Origin: Deltaproteobacteria bacterium
Lineage (GTDB): Bacteria; Desulfobacterota; Syntrophia; Syntrophales; JAFGIO01
Direction: 5' to 3'
Length of the DNA: 62,370 nucleotides
Assembly (NCBI GenBank): GCA_016929555.1
Contig: JAFGIO010000080.1
Coordinates: 1 to 62,370 of the forward strand
The position numbers were made by a program, and so were the translations under genes. The notes under the pieces were generated by a model. The model worked only from the letters and a program-made list of their open reading frames with translations, did no database searches and was not told the origin of the DNA. Below, piece after piece: positions 39,370 through 48,305 of the stretch. Within the stretch, counting starts at the first letter, position 1. The number at the start of each line of letters is the position of its first letter.

Positions 39370-40044
39370 GTGGAAAAGCTCGGGAAATCCAAGATATACT
39401 TCGCAGCCTTGATTCTTATGGCCGGTCCATTCTATCTGAATGATTTTGCGAACATCTATGTCAAGAGCTGGCAATGGTGGCTGTTTATAGACTATGCGGT
39501 CGTCAAGCTTTTCCCAGTTCTGGTCATGCTTTGGTTGATCCGCAGCAAGGCAATGCAGGCATCGGAATTTGGGCTGTCGATACAGCCGGTGCTGCCTTTC
39601 TTTACGGTATTTTCGGCATTAACCGTCGTCGGCACGCTGATCGATCAAAACGCATATCAGTTGATGGCGAAGCTTCCCGGCAATTCGCCGCTTGGCGGCA
39701 TGCCGGATATCACGAGTCCTTTTTGGAATTGGATAGATTTGACACTTGGGCTTGCTATGGTGGCGATCGTCGAAGAGATCGTATTTCGCGGCTATCTGCA
39801 CACATTTCTCGGCAGGTTCACACAGAACCCGGTCGCCATAGTAATGCTTTCATCAGCGCTATTCGGTTTGATTCACTGGAGTCTCGGCCTGCATGCAATA
39901 GTGATAACGGCGTCAATCGGGGCCATTTTTATGATTGCATATATTAAAACGCGGTCCCTGCCAGCCATTATGCTAGCGCATTTCGCCGTCAATTTCATCG
40001 ACTACGCAGGCGTCATTCCCAAGTCAATTTTCAAGTTTCTTTAA
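39370..40044 (+). CDS. CPBP-family intramembrane glutamic endopeptidase (CAAX protease/Abi-like)
   Basis: Polytopic protein with the motifs EEIVFRGY, FGLIHW and HFAVNF. GTG start; the N-terminus is uncertain. Confidence 0.8.
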   Translation: MEKLGKSKIYFAALILMAGPFYLNDFANIYVKSWQWWLFIDYAVVKLFPVLVMLWLIRSKAMQASEFGLSIQPVLPFFTVFSALTVVGTLIDQNAYQLMAKLPGNSPLGGMPDITSPFWNWIDLTLGLAMVAIVEEIVFRGYLHTFLGRFTQNPVAIVMLSSALFGLIHWSLGLHAIVITASIGAIFMIAYIKTRSLPAIMLAHFAVNFIDYAGVIPKSIFKFL

Positions 40045-40170
40045 AAGGGTCGCTCAATGATTTACGGACGGATATCTTGTATGGAGTCACAGGCAAGGAC
40101 AAAGGAAGGCTGACGGTTTCAGACTGCCGGATCCGGAAGACTTTGGCTCGAGAGCTGGAGGTGAAAGAAA

Positions 40171-40677
40171 ATGCCAGATAGAAACCAGATAAGCTTCAAA
40201 ATGATGTCTTTTATTCATGAGACCCTCTATGGCCTTTTCAGAGATCCCTACAAGGCATTAGAAGCTGCGGGACTCGAACCTGGCCAGAAGGTCATGGAGG
40301 TCGGCTGCGGCCCGGGCTTCTTCACCATTCCTGCATCAAGAGTAGTCGGGGAAGAGGGAGGCATCACTGCAATAGACGTCAATCCACTGGCCGTGGAACA
40401 TGTTCGGCAAAAGGTCAAGGAGCAGGGCCGTACCAACGTTGAGGTATTGTTGACCAATGTGACCCAAGCGGATCTACCGCCTCAAAGCTTCGACCTCATC
40501 TTCCTTTTCGGCCTTGCCCGTCCCATAGGCGGTGTAGAGGCCATTCTCGACTCAGCGCATCGACTCTTGAAATTGGATGGCATATTATCTATCGAAGGGC
40601 GGCTACTGCCTCCAGAAAGGCTTTTCCAATCTGTCTGTAGGCAGGGAAGGATCGCCCGGTTCAGAAAGGTTGTTTAG
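40171..40677 (+). CDS. class I SAM-dependent methyltransferase
   Basis: Motif [13 protein letters not shown] and motif II-like AIDVNP. Confidence 0.8.
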   Translation: MPDRNQISFKMMSFIHETLYGLFRDPYKALEAAGLEPGQKVMEVGCGPGFFTIPASRVVGEEGGITAIDVNPLAVEHVRQKVKEQGRTNVEVLLTNVTQADLPPQSFDLIFLFGLARPIGGVEAILDSAHRLLKLDGILSIEGRLLPPERLFQSVCRQGRIARFRKVV

Positions 40678-40714
40678 AAACGCACATGAGGGCACTGCAA
40701 CAAAAGGAGGTTAT

Positions 40715-41035
40715 ATGGAAATCACGACGACACCGGGCATCGAAGGCAAGCGGATCAAAAAGTATTGCGGGGTTGTTTTTGGAGAGGCCATCATGGGAGC
40801 GAATATTTTCAAGGATCTTTTTGCCGGAATCCGCGATATCGTTGGGGGAAGATCGGCAACCTATGAACGGGAATTGCAGCGGGCGAGGGAGATTGCCCTG
40901 CAGGAGCTACAGCAACGTGCACGGGAAATCGGGGCAAACGCCGTCATCGGCGTTGACCTAGACTATGAAGTCCTAGGCAAGGAAAATGGAATGCTGATGG
41001 TTTCAGCAAGCGGGACAGCCGTTTATGTGGAGTGA
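40715..41035 (+). CDS. YbjQ/UPF0145 family protein
   Basis: ATG 4 nt after AAGGAGG. The sequence [12 protein letters not shown]....ARE.A...L...A...GANAV is typical of YbjQ. Confidence 0.87.
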   Translation: MEITTTPGIEGKRIKKYCGVVFGEAIMGANIFKDLFAGIRDIVGGRSATYERELQRAREIALQELQQRAREIGANAVIGVDLDYEVLGKENGMLMVSASGTAVYVE

Positions 41036-41131
41036 TTGACTCGGTATTCATGCCTGATGTTTTGAGAAGTTATTGCGGTCTCTTTTTTTTAATTTCATGA
41101 GTCACCAACCATTCATTGAAGGAGGCTATTC

Positions 41132-42259
41132 ATGAGCAGCGATATCTATTTCAAACTCGCCGATAGGATCAATCAGTTTGAAGGGAAGATTGCCACCGTG
41201 GAGTCTTTTTTGAAAATCCTTCGGGAAATGTATACCGAGGAGGAAGCGGAGTTCGCGTCGAACATGCCTCATGGAGGCTTCACGGCCGGCGAGCTGGCGC
41301 AGATGTTTGGGAAAGACGAACCAGCAATCACCGAGCGTCTCAAGACCATGTCCGATAAGGGAACAATTTTCAATTACCTGGCGGAAACGGGGCAGCAGAA
41401 GTATGAATTGACACCCTTTTTCCCGGGTGCCATTGAGTATTACATGCTCAAAAGAATGGAGAAACCTGGAGAAATAAAAAGGGTGTTGGATCTGAGTTCC
41501 AACATTCAAGGAGAAGTCATGGAGCTTATCGCCAAGCTCATGGCCGAGGATCCGGCAAAGGCCGTTGAATTGCTTACGCCGTCGCCTCATTTCCGGACGT
41601 TGACAATCGATGAGTCTCTCCCGGATGTCAAGGAAGTTCTTACGTACGAGAGCGCCTCAGCGATGATTGACAAGGAAACCTCCTTTGCGGCAATGATCTG
41701 CATCTGCCGGGATCAGGTGGGTCCCAATACCAGCGGTCCCTGCCAGGTGAAGGGCGTTCCAGAATATTCCTGTCTTTCCTTCGGAAAGATCGCGGATTTC
41801 ATCGTGGAACACGGCTTCGGAAGGGCGAAACGGATCACCAAGCAGGAGTGCAAGGAAATTTTGGAGGCCTGCAACAAGGCAGGTCTGGTGCAAAACACCA
41901 ATAATTTTGTCGATGGACTGCAATTCATCTGCAACTGCTGCCCCTGCTGCTGCATGGTGGTCAAGCAGGCCCGGCAATTCGGTCCCGAGGTCATGATCAA
42001 TACGGCTAACTTTGCCCCGTTGGTGGACGAATCAAGCTGTACCGGATGCGGCGACTGCGTGGACCGATGCCCGCTGGGGGTCATCAGCCTAAAGAATGAC
42101 GTAGCCGTCGTCAATCTCAGCGGTTGCGTCGGCTGCGGCAACTGCGTACCCGAATGCCCGGTGGGATGCATCTCCATGGTGCGGGTTTCCGACAAGAGGC
42201 CGGAGCTGGGTGATAGGAAAATAGGGCTGGGTTCAGCCGAAACCTTTGGAAAAGTCTAG
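41132..42259 (+). CDS. Cys-rich Fe-S protein with C-terminal 2x[4Fe-4S] ferredoxin domain
   Basis: C-terminal CTGCGDCVDRCP and CVGCGNCVPECP. An unusual CNCCPCCC cluster and a CICRD motif lie upstream. The N-terminus looks helical and wHTH-like. Confidence 0.78.
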   Translation: MSSDIYFKLADRINQFEGKIATVESFLKILREMYTEEEAEFASNMPHGGFTAGELAQMFGKDEPAITERLKTMSDKGTIFNYLAETGQQKYELTPFFPGAIEYYMLKRMEKPGEIKRVLDLSSNIQGEVMELIAKLMAEDPAKAVELLTPSPHFRTLTIDESLPDVKEVLTYESASAMIDKETSFAAMICICRDQVGPNTSGPCQVKGVPEYSCLSFGKIADFIVEHGFGRAKRITKQECKEILEACNKAGLVQNTNNFVDGLQFICNCCPCCCMVVKQARQFGPEVMINTANFAPLVDESSCTGCGDCVDRCPLGVISLKNDVAVVNLSGCVGCGNCVPECPVGCISMVRVSDKRPELGDRKIGLGSAETFGKV

Positions 42260-42466
42260 AGAAGTTCCGTCCTAGAAGGGGCGTAGGATTGAAACCTTCT
42301 CGATACCGAAGGTCGGTGCATTCATCGACTCTCTTTCTTAAAGGGCTTGGTGATAATACTGATCAAGGAGAGCGCCATTCTATATGGCGATGATTTCAAG
42401 GAAGGCGTCCAGGAGCTCATGGAAGGCCGCAAACCAGAATGGGATAGAAAGTGAGGCGTTGTTATC

Positions 42467-42946
42467 GTGATTGAGGAAAAATATCGGTATGCTGCCGAGT
42501 ATACAGAAACGGGGATCGAGGGCATCAGAAGAACTGGGATCAAGGTTCTGGAATTGAGGGACCGTTATGCCAAGCTGCTTATGCCCCTGGCGGGAAACGT
42601 CAACCATGTGGGCATCATGTATGCAGGGTCGCTATTCACGATCGGCGAGACATCCGGAGGCATTATCTTTGCGGTTTCCTTCGACGTGAATAAGTATTAT
42701 CCGATCGTTAAGGAGATCCATATCAAGTTCTTGAAACCCGTCACGACGGACGTGACGCTTGTCGTGGAGATGAGCGAGGAGAAAGTAGAGGAAATTGAAA
42801 AGCAGCTTGAAGAGAAGGGGAAGGCCGATTTCGAGATGGACCTCGAGATTAAAGACGCCAATGGTGTGGTAGTGTCCGCAGTACATGGCATCTGGCCGAT
42901 CCGGACGCTCCCCGAGGGTTTTCCCAGCCCCCTGGCGAAACGCTGA
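42467..42946 (+). CDS. hotdog-fold thioesterase-like protein (PaaI/YiiD_C-like)
   Basis: GTG start, 159 aa. The N.VG..H.G pattern (NHVGIMYAGSLFT) is typical of hotdog thioesterases. The assignment is tentative. Confidence 0.65.
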   Translation: MIEEKYRYAAEYTETGIEGIRRTGIKVLELRDRYAKLLMPLAGNVNHVGIMYAGSLFTIGETSGGIIFAVSFDVNKYYPIVKEIHIKFLKPVTTDVTLVVEMSEEKVEEIEKQLEEKGKADFEMDLEIKDANGVVVSAVHGIWPIRTLPEGFPSPLAKR

Positions 42947-42959
42947 TCGCGAACCTTCA

Positions 42960-42986
42960 GGCCGGTATGGCCGCCGTCTTTTTTTT
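42960..42986 (+). terminator. possible weak intrinsic terminator
   Basis: A short GC stem, GGCC-GGTAT-GGCC, is followed after 6 nt by a T8 tract at 42979-42986. It lies 14 nt after the thioesterase-like stop. Confidence 0.3.
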
Positions 42987-43202
42987 GATTTCACAGTCCT
43001 CGCTAACGATTCGATCGATTACCTCGGCGTAGGACGGTTGGTCGTGAAAGAGTCCCGTTCCGGGGTGAGGTATTTCATCATGCGATGATGGATGGAGAGG
43101 TCTCCCCAATAATCGGGGGTTTTCTTGGGCTTCGTCCTGCCTTCGTCCGTCAGCAGGTTGCTGTGGATCTGACCCGGTGCTATAAAAAGGCCGGAGAATA
43201 AA

Positions 43203-43231
43203 TTGACATCATTGCATCTCTTGCGTACTAT
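43203..43231 (+). promoter_or_regulatory. sigma-70-like promoter
   Basis: TTGACA at 43203-08, a 17-nt spacer, then TACTAT at 43226-31. The -10 element ends only 11 nt before the ATG at 43243. Confidence 0.4.
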
Positions 43232-43242
43232 GCCTTCTAAAA

Positions 43243-44682
43243 ATGGGGGTTGAGGTGAAGGCATTCAGCAGCAAAAGAATTGTCGCCGGTATCATCATCA
43301 TTCTGCTCGCAGTAGCCGCCTACACCGGCTATGCGAAGCGGGAATATATCGAGCAGCTTCCCATCGGCTGCGCCTTCAAGGCGAAGACCCTCTGCGCGGC
43401 GGTCTTCGTCTCGGGACGCGAGTCGGCGGTCGTCGAGCGGGAAGACGTGGGCTTCAATTCTTTGTTCAAGCTGTTCAAGGCGAAGATCGACAGGAACGAA
43501 AAAAGCGTTACCTGTTCCCTCTTCGGAATCGGTCTGTTCGAGAAGAAGGCAATTCATGTAGACAAGCTGGACGCCGTGCTTCTTTCCGGCGTTCCCGAGG
43601 CTTCGATCCGTCGCTGGCGGCCTGCGATGCCCGATCCCGAGCCGGTGGATTATGAGAGGACGCTATGGCCGACGGGGGACCTCATGCCAAACGATCCACC
43701 GACCGGGAATATAGACACGGTCAAGCTCAACCAAGTTTTGGAGAATCTTTTCGCTGAATCGAACCCGAAGAAAAAGCTTTACACCCGCGCCCTGATCGTT
43801 GTCCATGACGGGCGCCTCGTCGCCGAACGTTACGGCAAAGGCATCACGAAGGACACCCCCCTATTGAGCTGGTCGATGGCCAAGAGCATCACCAACGCCC
43901 TCGTGGGGATTCTCGTGCGGGAGGGGAAGTTATCGATCCGGGAATCGGTGCCTGTTCCGGAATGGCGGCAGAGGGACGATCCGCGCCGCGAGATCACCAC
44001 CGACCAACTCCTCCGGATGAGCTCGGGACTCGAATGGTTCGAGGCCTATGCCGAACGGCCCGTATCGGATGTCAACGTCATGCTCTTCCTGAAGCCAGAC
44101 ATGGGGGCCTACACGGCATCCAAACCCCTGGCGGTACAGCCGGACACGCGGTGGAGCTATTCTTCGGGGACGACGAACCTCATCTGCCGGATGATACGGG
44201 ACACCTTGGGCAGTGATGAGGAATACTGGGCCTTTCCGCGCCGAGAACTCTTCAACAGGATCGGTATGCGTAGCGCCGTTTTCGGCACGGATGCGTCGGG
44301 AACCTTCATCGGATCTTCCTACCTTTACGCAACGGCCCGGGACTACGCACGCTTTGGACTGCTCTTCCTGAACGATGGCCTCTGGCTGGGTGAGCGCATC
44401 CTTCCGGAAGGCTGGGTGGCCTACTCCACAACTCCGACACCGTCAGCCCCCAAGGGCCAGTACGGCGCCCATTTCTGGCTGAACAGGGGAGAGAATCCCG
44501 ATCCAGCCACGCGCAAATATCCAAAGTTGCCGTCAGATGCGTTCTTCGCCATGGGCTATCAGGGACAGACGATCGCGATCATCCCTTCGCAGAAGCTGGT
44601 CATCGTCCGTCTGGGCATGACCTACGACGATGATTGGGGGATGGAGCCGTTCCTTCAAAGCGTCCTTGCCGCAATAAAGTAA
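43243..44682 (+). CDS. serine hydrolase, beta-lactamase/PBP4*-like family
   Basis: N-terminal TM anchor and the SxxK motif (SMAK within LLSWSMAKSIT). 479 aa. An alternative GTG start exists at 43255. Confidence 0.85.
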   Translation: MGVEVKAFSSKRIVAGIIIILLAVAAYTGYAKREYIEQLPIGCAFKAKTLCAAVFVSGRESAVVEREDVGFNSLFKLFKAKIDRNEKSVTCSLFGIGLFEKKAIHVDKLDAVLLSGVPEASIRRWRPAMPDPEPVDYERTLWPTGDLMPNDPPTGNIDTVKLNQVLENLFAESNPKKKLYTRALIVVHDGRLVAERYGKGITKDTPLLSWSMAKSITNALVGILVREGKLSIRESVPVPEWRQRDDPRREITTDQLLRMSSGLEWFEAYAERPVSDVNVMLFLKPDMGAYTASKPLAVQPDTRWSYSSGTTNLICRMIRDTLGSDEEYWAFPRRELFNRIGMRSAVFGTDASGTFIGSSYLYATARDYARFGLLFLNDGLWLGERILPEGWVAYSTTPTPSAPKGQYGAHFWLNRGENPDPATRKYPKLPSDAFFAMGYQGQTIAIIPSQKLVIVRLGMTYDDDWGMEPFLQSVLAAIK

Positions 44683-44760
44683 CAAAGCAACCGGCAATCC
44701 AAATCACTTGTCCTTATTTGATTTGATAGGGTAGGGGTATTGAGAACGAGAGGAGGGAAA

Positions 44761-45813
44761 ATGGACAAAATCGATCGTTTCAGCCGGACTGCCATCGATT
44801 TGGTTTTAGGCGCAGGGGCGGTCAAGGCGGGCATCGCGACGACGGAAACCCTTCTGGGAGGACCCGAATCAACGGATTTAACGTATCTTATGCCGGAGGC
44901 GAGATCGGCCGTAGTCTTTGCGCTTCCCCTCGATCAGGCGGCCATAGAATCCTTCCTGAAGAAGGAGGACATGGCAGCGGCAAACAGGGACAACCACCGT
45001 GTGAACACCATGGCCGCAGGTGTCTCTTTGGAGTTGTCTGAATATCTCAATATGAAAGGATTCAACTCCATTCCGGTGATCGCAAACGCCGTATACCGCA
45101 AGGATGTTCCCGGCGGAGCCTACAGCGAATTGCCGCCACTTTCCCATAGATACCTGGCGGTTCGCTCCGGGGTTGGCCACTTTGGTCTGTCCGGAAACGT
45201 CATTACCAGGGAACACGGAGCTGCGGTCATTCTGGGTTCGGTCGTCACCGCAGCGGTTCTCAACCCTACGGAACCCTTGCCGCCGGACGACAATTACTGC
45301 GACAACTGCAAACTATGCATAAAGGGCTGCGCCTCCGGCCTGATGGATGACAAGAACAAGACCACCGTAACCATCGGCGGGGTGGAGTTTTCCTATGCAA
45401 AGCGCAGGGCCTATACGCGCTGCGACTATGTTTGCGGAGGCTTCACCGGACTGCATTCCTCAGGCAAATGGTCCACCTGGTCGCCGGCCAGGTTTCCCAT
45501 TCCGAAGAATGACGATGGGTTCATGGACGCCCTGATGAATGCTGTGGAGCCTTACCGAAAACGCCCCCGCCAGGACTTCGGGTGCAACATCTATCATCCT
45601 CTCGTACCGGGAAACAAGCTGGAATTCACCTGCGGCCACTGCCAGTTCATCTGCCATCCGGATAAAGCGGTCCGGGCCAGACGATATAAGATGCTGAAAA
45701 ACAGCGGCGTGGCCATCCAGGAAAAGGACGGCAGGATCCGGGGCGTAACCCCTGAAGAGGCGGAACGTCATCTCGCCGCCATGGACGATGAAACGAGGGC
45801 ACTTTACGAATAG
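44761..45813 (+). CDS. Fe-S protein related to the epoxyqueuosine-reductase/reductive-dehalogenase-like group
   Basis: CDNCKLCIKGC and CGHCQFIC clusters. ATG 4 nt after GGAGGG. The family call is approximate. Confidence 0.6.
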   Translation: MDKIDRFSRTAIDLVLGAGAVKAGIATTETLLGGPESTDLTYLMPEARSAVVFALPLDQAAIESFLKKEDMAAANRDNHRVNTMAAGVSLELSEYLNMKGFNSIPVIANAVYRKDVPGGAYSELPPLSHRYLAVRSGVGHFGLSGNVITREHGAAVILGSVVTAAVLNPTEPLPPDDNYCDNCKLCIKGCASGLMDDKNKTTVTIGGVEFSYAKRRAYTRCDYVCGGFTGLHSSGKWSTWSPARFPIPKNDDGFMDALMNAVEPYRKRPRQDFGCNIYHPLVPGNKLEFTCGHCQFICHPDKAVRARRYKMLKNSGVAIQEKDGRIRGVTPEEAERHLAAMDDETRALYE

Positions 45814-45963
45814 CGGGAGTAAGGTGATGACATGCATGGTCTTGGGCTGTCCAAAACATAAGTACGTTCAGGGCATCAAAGAGACCCCGCAGACCTGACC
45901 TGGATCGAATGATGAGGGTCTTACAAAAAACCAAAACAAAATGAAGGGATCAAGAGGGCAAAA

Positions 45964-47157
45964 ATGGCAAATACGACTTATATCGATGCATTCGATCCCG
46001 AGGGCATAAGCCGCGAGGTTTGCGAAACATGCGGTGTTTGTTTGCAGAAATGTCCCGTTATGAAGATGGAACAGGAGGAATCCCGGGTAGAGATATTCCG
46101 ACTGCTAAATGGTCAGAAAACCGAACGGGTGCTCGATGAATGTACCTTCTGCTTCAATTGCAATGGTTACTGTCCCCAAGGCCTCAGGCCTTATGCGCTT
46201 ATCATGGAGCGTGCAGCGGAGAAGATTCAAACGTCGGGTAGGGGATTCCCGACATATGTGGACTATCTGATGACGGGGAAAACCGATTCATGCGTGTTTT
46301 GGGATGTATATGATGGAGAATCGGAAGGGGAGAAAACGATTCTGGACAAATGGCATTACATTCCCCCAAGAAGCCAAGAGGTGCTTTTCATAGGGTGCAT
46401 GGGGAGAGAGATACCTTACGGTACGGAACACTCACGGGTGTTCGAGGCTCTTCCCAAGTACGCTCCGCGCAATGCCTGCTGCGGGGAACTGGCGTATCGG
46501 TTTGGAGACTATCAGGGTTTCGTTGAGACCGTCGAACGTACGCGTAAAATGCTCGAATGCCTCGATACCAAACGTCTGGTCTGTTACTGCGGTTCCTGTG
46601 CCAATTTCTTGGGAAATATCTGGCCGAATTATCATGGCGTTACACTGCCCTTTGAGATTGTATCCGTATGGGAATGGCTCTGGGAAAAATACCGGAACGG
46701 CGAAATCAAGGTTGAACGGCCAATCGAGCGGAAGGTGGTCCTTAGTGACTCCTGCTATGGCAGTGAACTGGGAGACGGCTTTTTGGATGCTGTCAGGGGC
46801 TTGCACCGCGCGGTGGGAATGGAGGTCGTTGAACTCGAGAATAACCGTTTCGATAATCTGACCTGCGGGATGGCGTCCATCATTCGAAACCATTACGATC
46901 TGGGAGAAGGCTTCAAGGAGTCTCAAAGAAAGATGGGGCAGGTTCTGAACACAGAAGTCGGAGATCTCAGTTGTTATTGTCCAGGATGCTATATACAGCT
47001 TCAAGGTGCTGCCGGGATGTCGAAGATAAAAACCCATTATGCCCTGGAGGAAATTCTCTGGGCCTTTGGGGATGAATACCCTGTTTCACTGAGGGAACGA
47101 GCGGCAAAGCAGACAGAGCTTTTCATAAAAAAGGTGAAGGATTTTTTCAAGGGTTAA
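45964..47157 (+). CDS. (Fe-S)-binding oxidoreductase, HdrD/GlpC-like with CCG-type Cys-rich domains
   Basis: N-terminal CETCGVCLQKCP and CTFCFNCNGYCP. Downstream CCG, CYCGSC and CYCPGC motifs. Confidence 0.8.
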   Translation: MANTTYIDAFDPEGISREVCETCGVCLQKCPVMKMEQEESRVEIFRLLNGQKTERVLDECTFCFNCNGYCPQGLRPYALIMERAAEKIQTSGRGFPTYVDYLMTGKTDSCVFWDVYDGESEGEKTILDKWHYIPPRSQEVLFIGCMGREIPYGTEHSRVFEALPKYAPRNACCGELAYRFGDYQGFVETVERTRKMLECLDTKRLVCYCGSCANFLGNIWPNYHGVTLPFEIVSVWEWLWEKYRNGEIKVERPIERKVVLSDSCYGSELGDGFLDAVRGLHRAVGMEVVELENNRFDNLTCGMASIIRNHYDLGEGFKESQRKMGQVLNTEVGDLSCYCPGCYIQLQGAAGMSKIKTHYALEEILWAFGDEYPVSLRERAAKQTELFIKKVKDFFKG

Positions 47158-47212
47158 AAGTCAACCCTTTGCATATGATGTGCATGGTTGTTATCTTTCA
47201 TGTTATCTCACA

Positions 47213-47241
47213 TTGACACAAGGGGGATCGCCGTGTATTCT
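47213..47241 (+). promoter_or_regulatory. sigma-70-like promoter candidate for the ADC-AbfD-crotonase genes
   Basis: TTGACA at 47213-18, a 17-nt spacer, then TATTCT at 47236-41. Confidence 0.3.
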
Positions 47242-47305
47242 GACGAAGAAAAGGAAGATAAATACCAATGAATCGCGAAAATCTTACGAGTAAAGGAGGT
47301 TTGAT

Positions 47306-48040
47306 ATGGCATTAGAAGGAAAGCTGACCAAGGATAAATTCGGTTATTCCATGCCCGTCGATGCGCCGTTGTTTGCAAAGCCACCAATATATTACAAACA
47401 TGCAGAATCGATCACCATCACCTATGAAACCGATCCAGACGCGGCAGTGAGGCTTTTGCCGGAGGGCCTTCTCCTCCCCGAACCGGCGACCGCTATTCTG
47501 GTGTTTGCAAAATACCCTTTCAGCACGTTTGGTCCTTACGAAGAGACGATTCTGCTTATCCCCTGCCTTTTCAATGATGAATTGAAGGTTTATATCGCGC
47601 ACATCATGGTGAACAGCGATATTCCACAAACCGCGGGTCGGGAAATCTGGGGTTATCCAAAAAAACTCGCCACCATCACCTTTCATAAGGAATATGATCT
47701 GATATTCGCGAAAATGGAAAGACCAGAAGGAAACACGATCTGTTCCGCAGGCATCAGGCCCGAGACGCCTTCCGAGGATATGATGGGCGGCGTCGGTATT
47801 TTGGGTTTGAGGGTCATCCCCAATCCGGAAAAGGAGGCACCGCCCTCCCTTGCGGAATTGATTGAAATACCGCAAGTGGGTACGGTTCACGAATCATGGT
47901 CCGGTCCCGGGTGGGCCTTGTTTCACAATGCGTCGGATTTGGAACCTTGGCATAAGTTAAAGATAAAACAGATTCTTGGTGCAAATTACCGCATCACGGA
48001 TATGGAACTGGGATTTGGCCGGATCATAAAGAGATATTAG
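47306..48040 (+). CDS. acetoacetate decarboxylase (ADC) family protein
   Basis: ATG 6 nt after AGGAGG. 244 aa. The sequence GREIWGYPKK is typical of the ADC-family beta-cone fold. Confidence 0.82.
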   Translation: MALEGKLTKDKFGYSMPVDAPLFAKPPIYYKHAESITITYETDPDAAVRLLPEGLLLPEPATAILVFAKYPFSTFGPYEETILLIPCLFNDELKVYIAHIMVNSDIPQTAGREIWGYPKKLATITFHKEYDLIFAKMERPEGNTICSAGIRPETPSEDMMGGVGILGLRVIPNPEKEAPPSLAELIEIPQVGTVHESWSGPGWALFHNASDLEPWHKLKIKQILGANYRITDMELGFGRIIKRY

Positions 48041-48305
48041 CCGCTATCGAAATAATGGGTTCAGTGCGGCTGCCAACGTTGCAGTAATATCTGAAACGGA
48101 TGTAAGATCTTTGTTGCCCAGCGACCAGGGCAGTCGCCAGTAGATTATTTAATGATTCCCGCAGAATGTTCCGGGTTGTGGGTCTTATCACGCATTTTTG
48201 CGTAAGGCGGTTTGAGGTGCCTTAACGCTTATTTTGCAGTCAATTTATCTTTGCCGATAAGATCCCCACACTTCGGACTGAAGCGGAAAAAATGGAGGGA
48301 AATAA

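Noticed and set aside
43019-43264. An 81-aa minus-strand ORF (…TDEGRTKPKKTPDYWGDLSIHHRMMKYLTPERDSF…).
   Set aside because: Its only ATG lies inside the start of the plus-strand hydrolase gene, and it spans that gene's promoter. It has no RBS and no recognisable family. It could be a gene remnant, but I cannot support a call.
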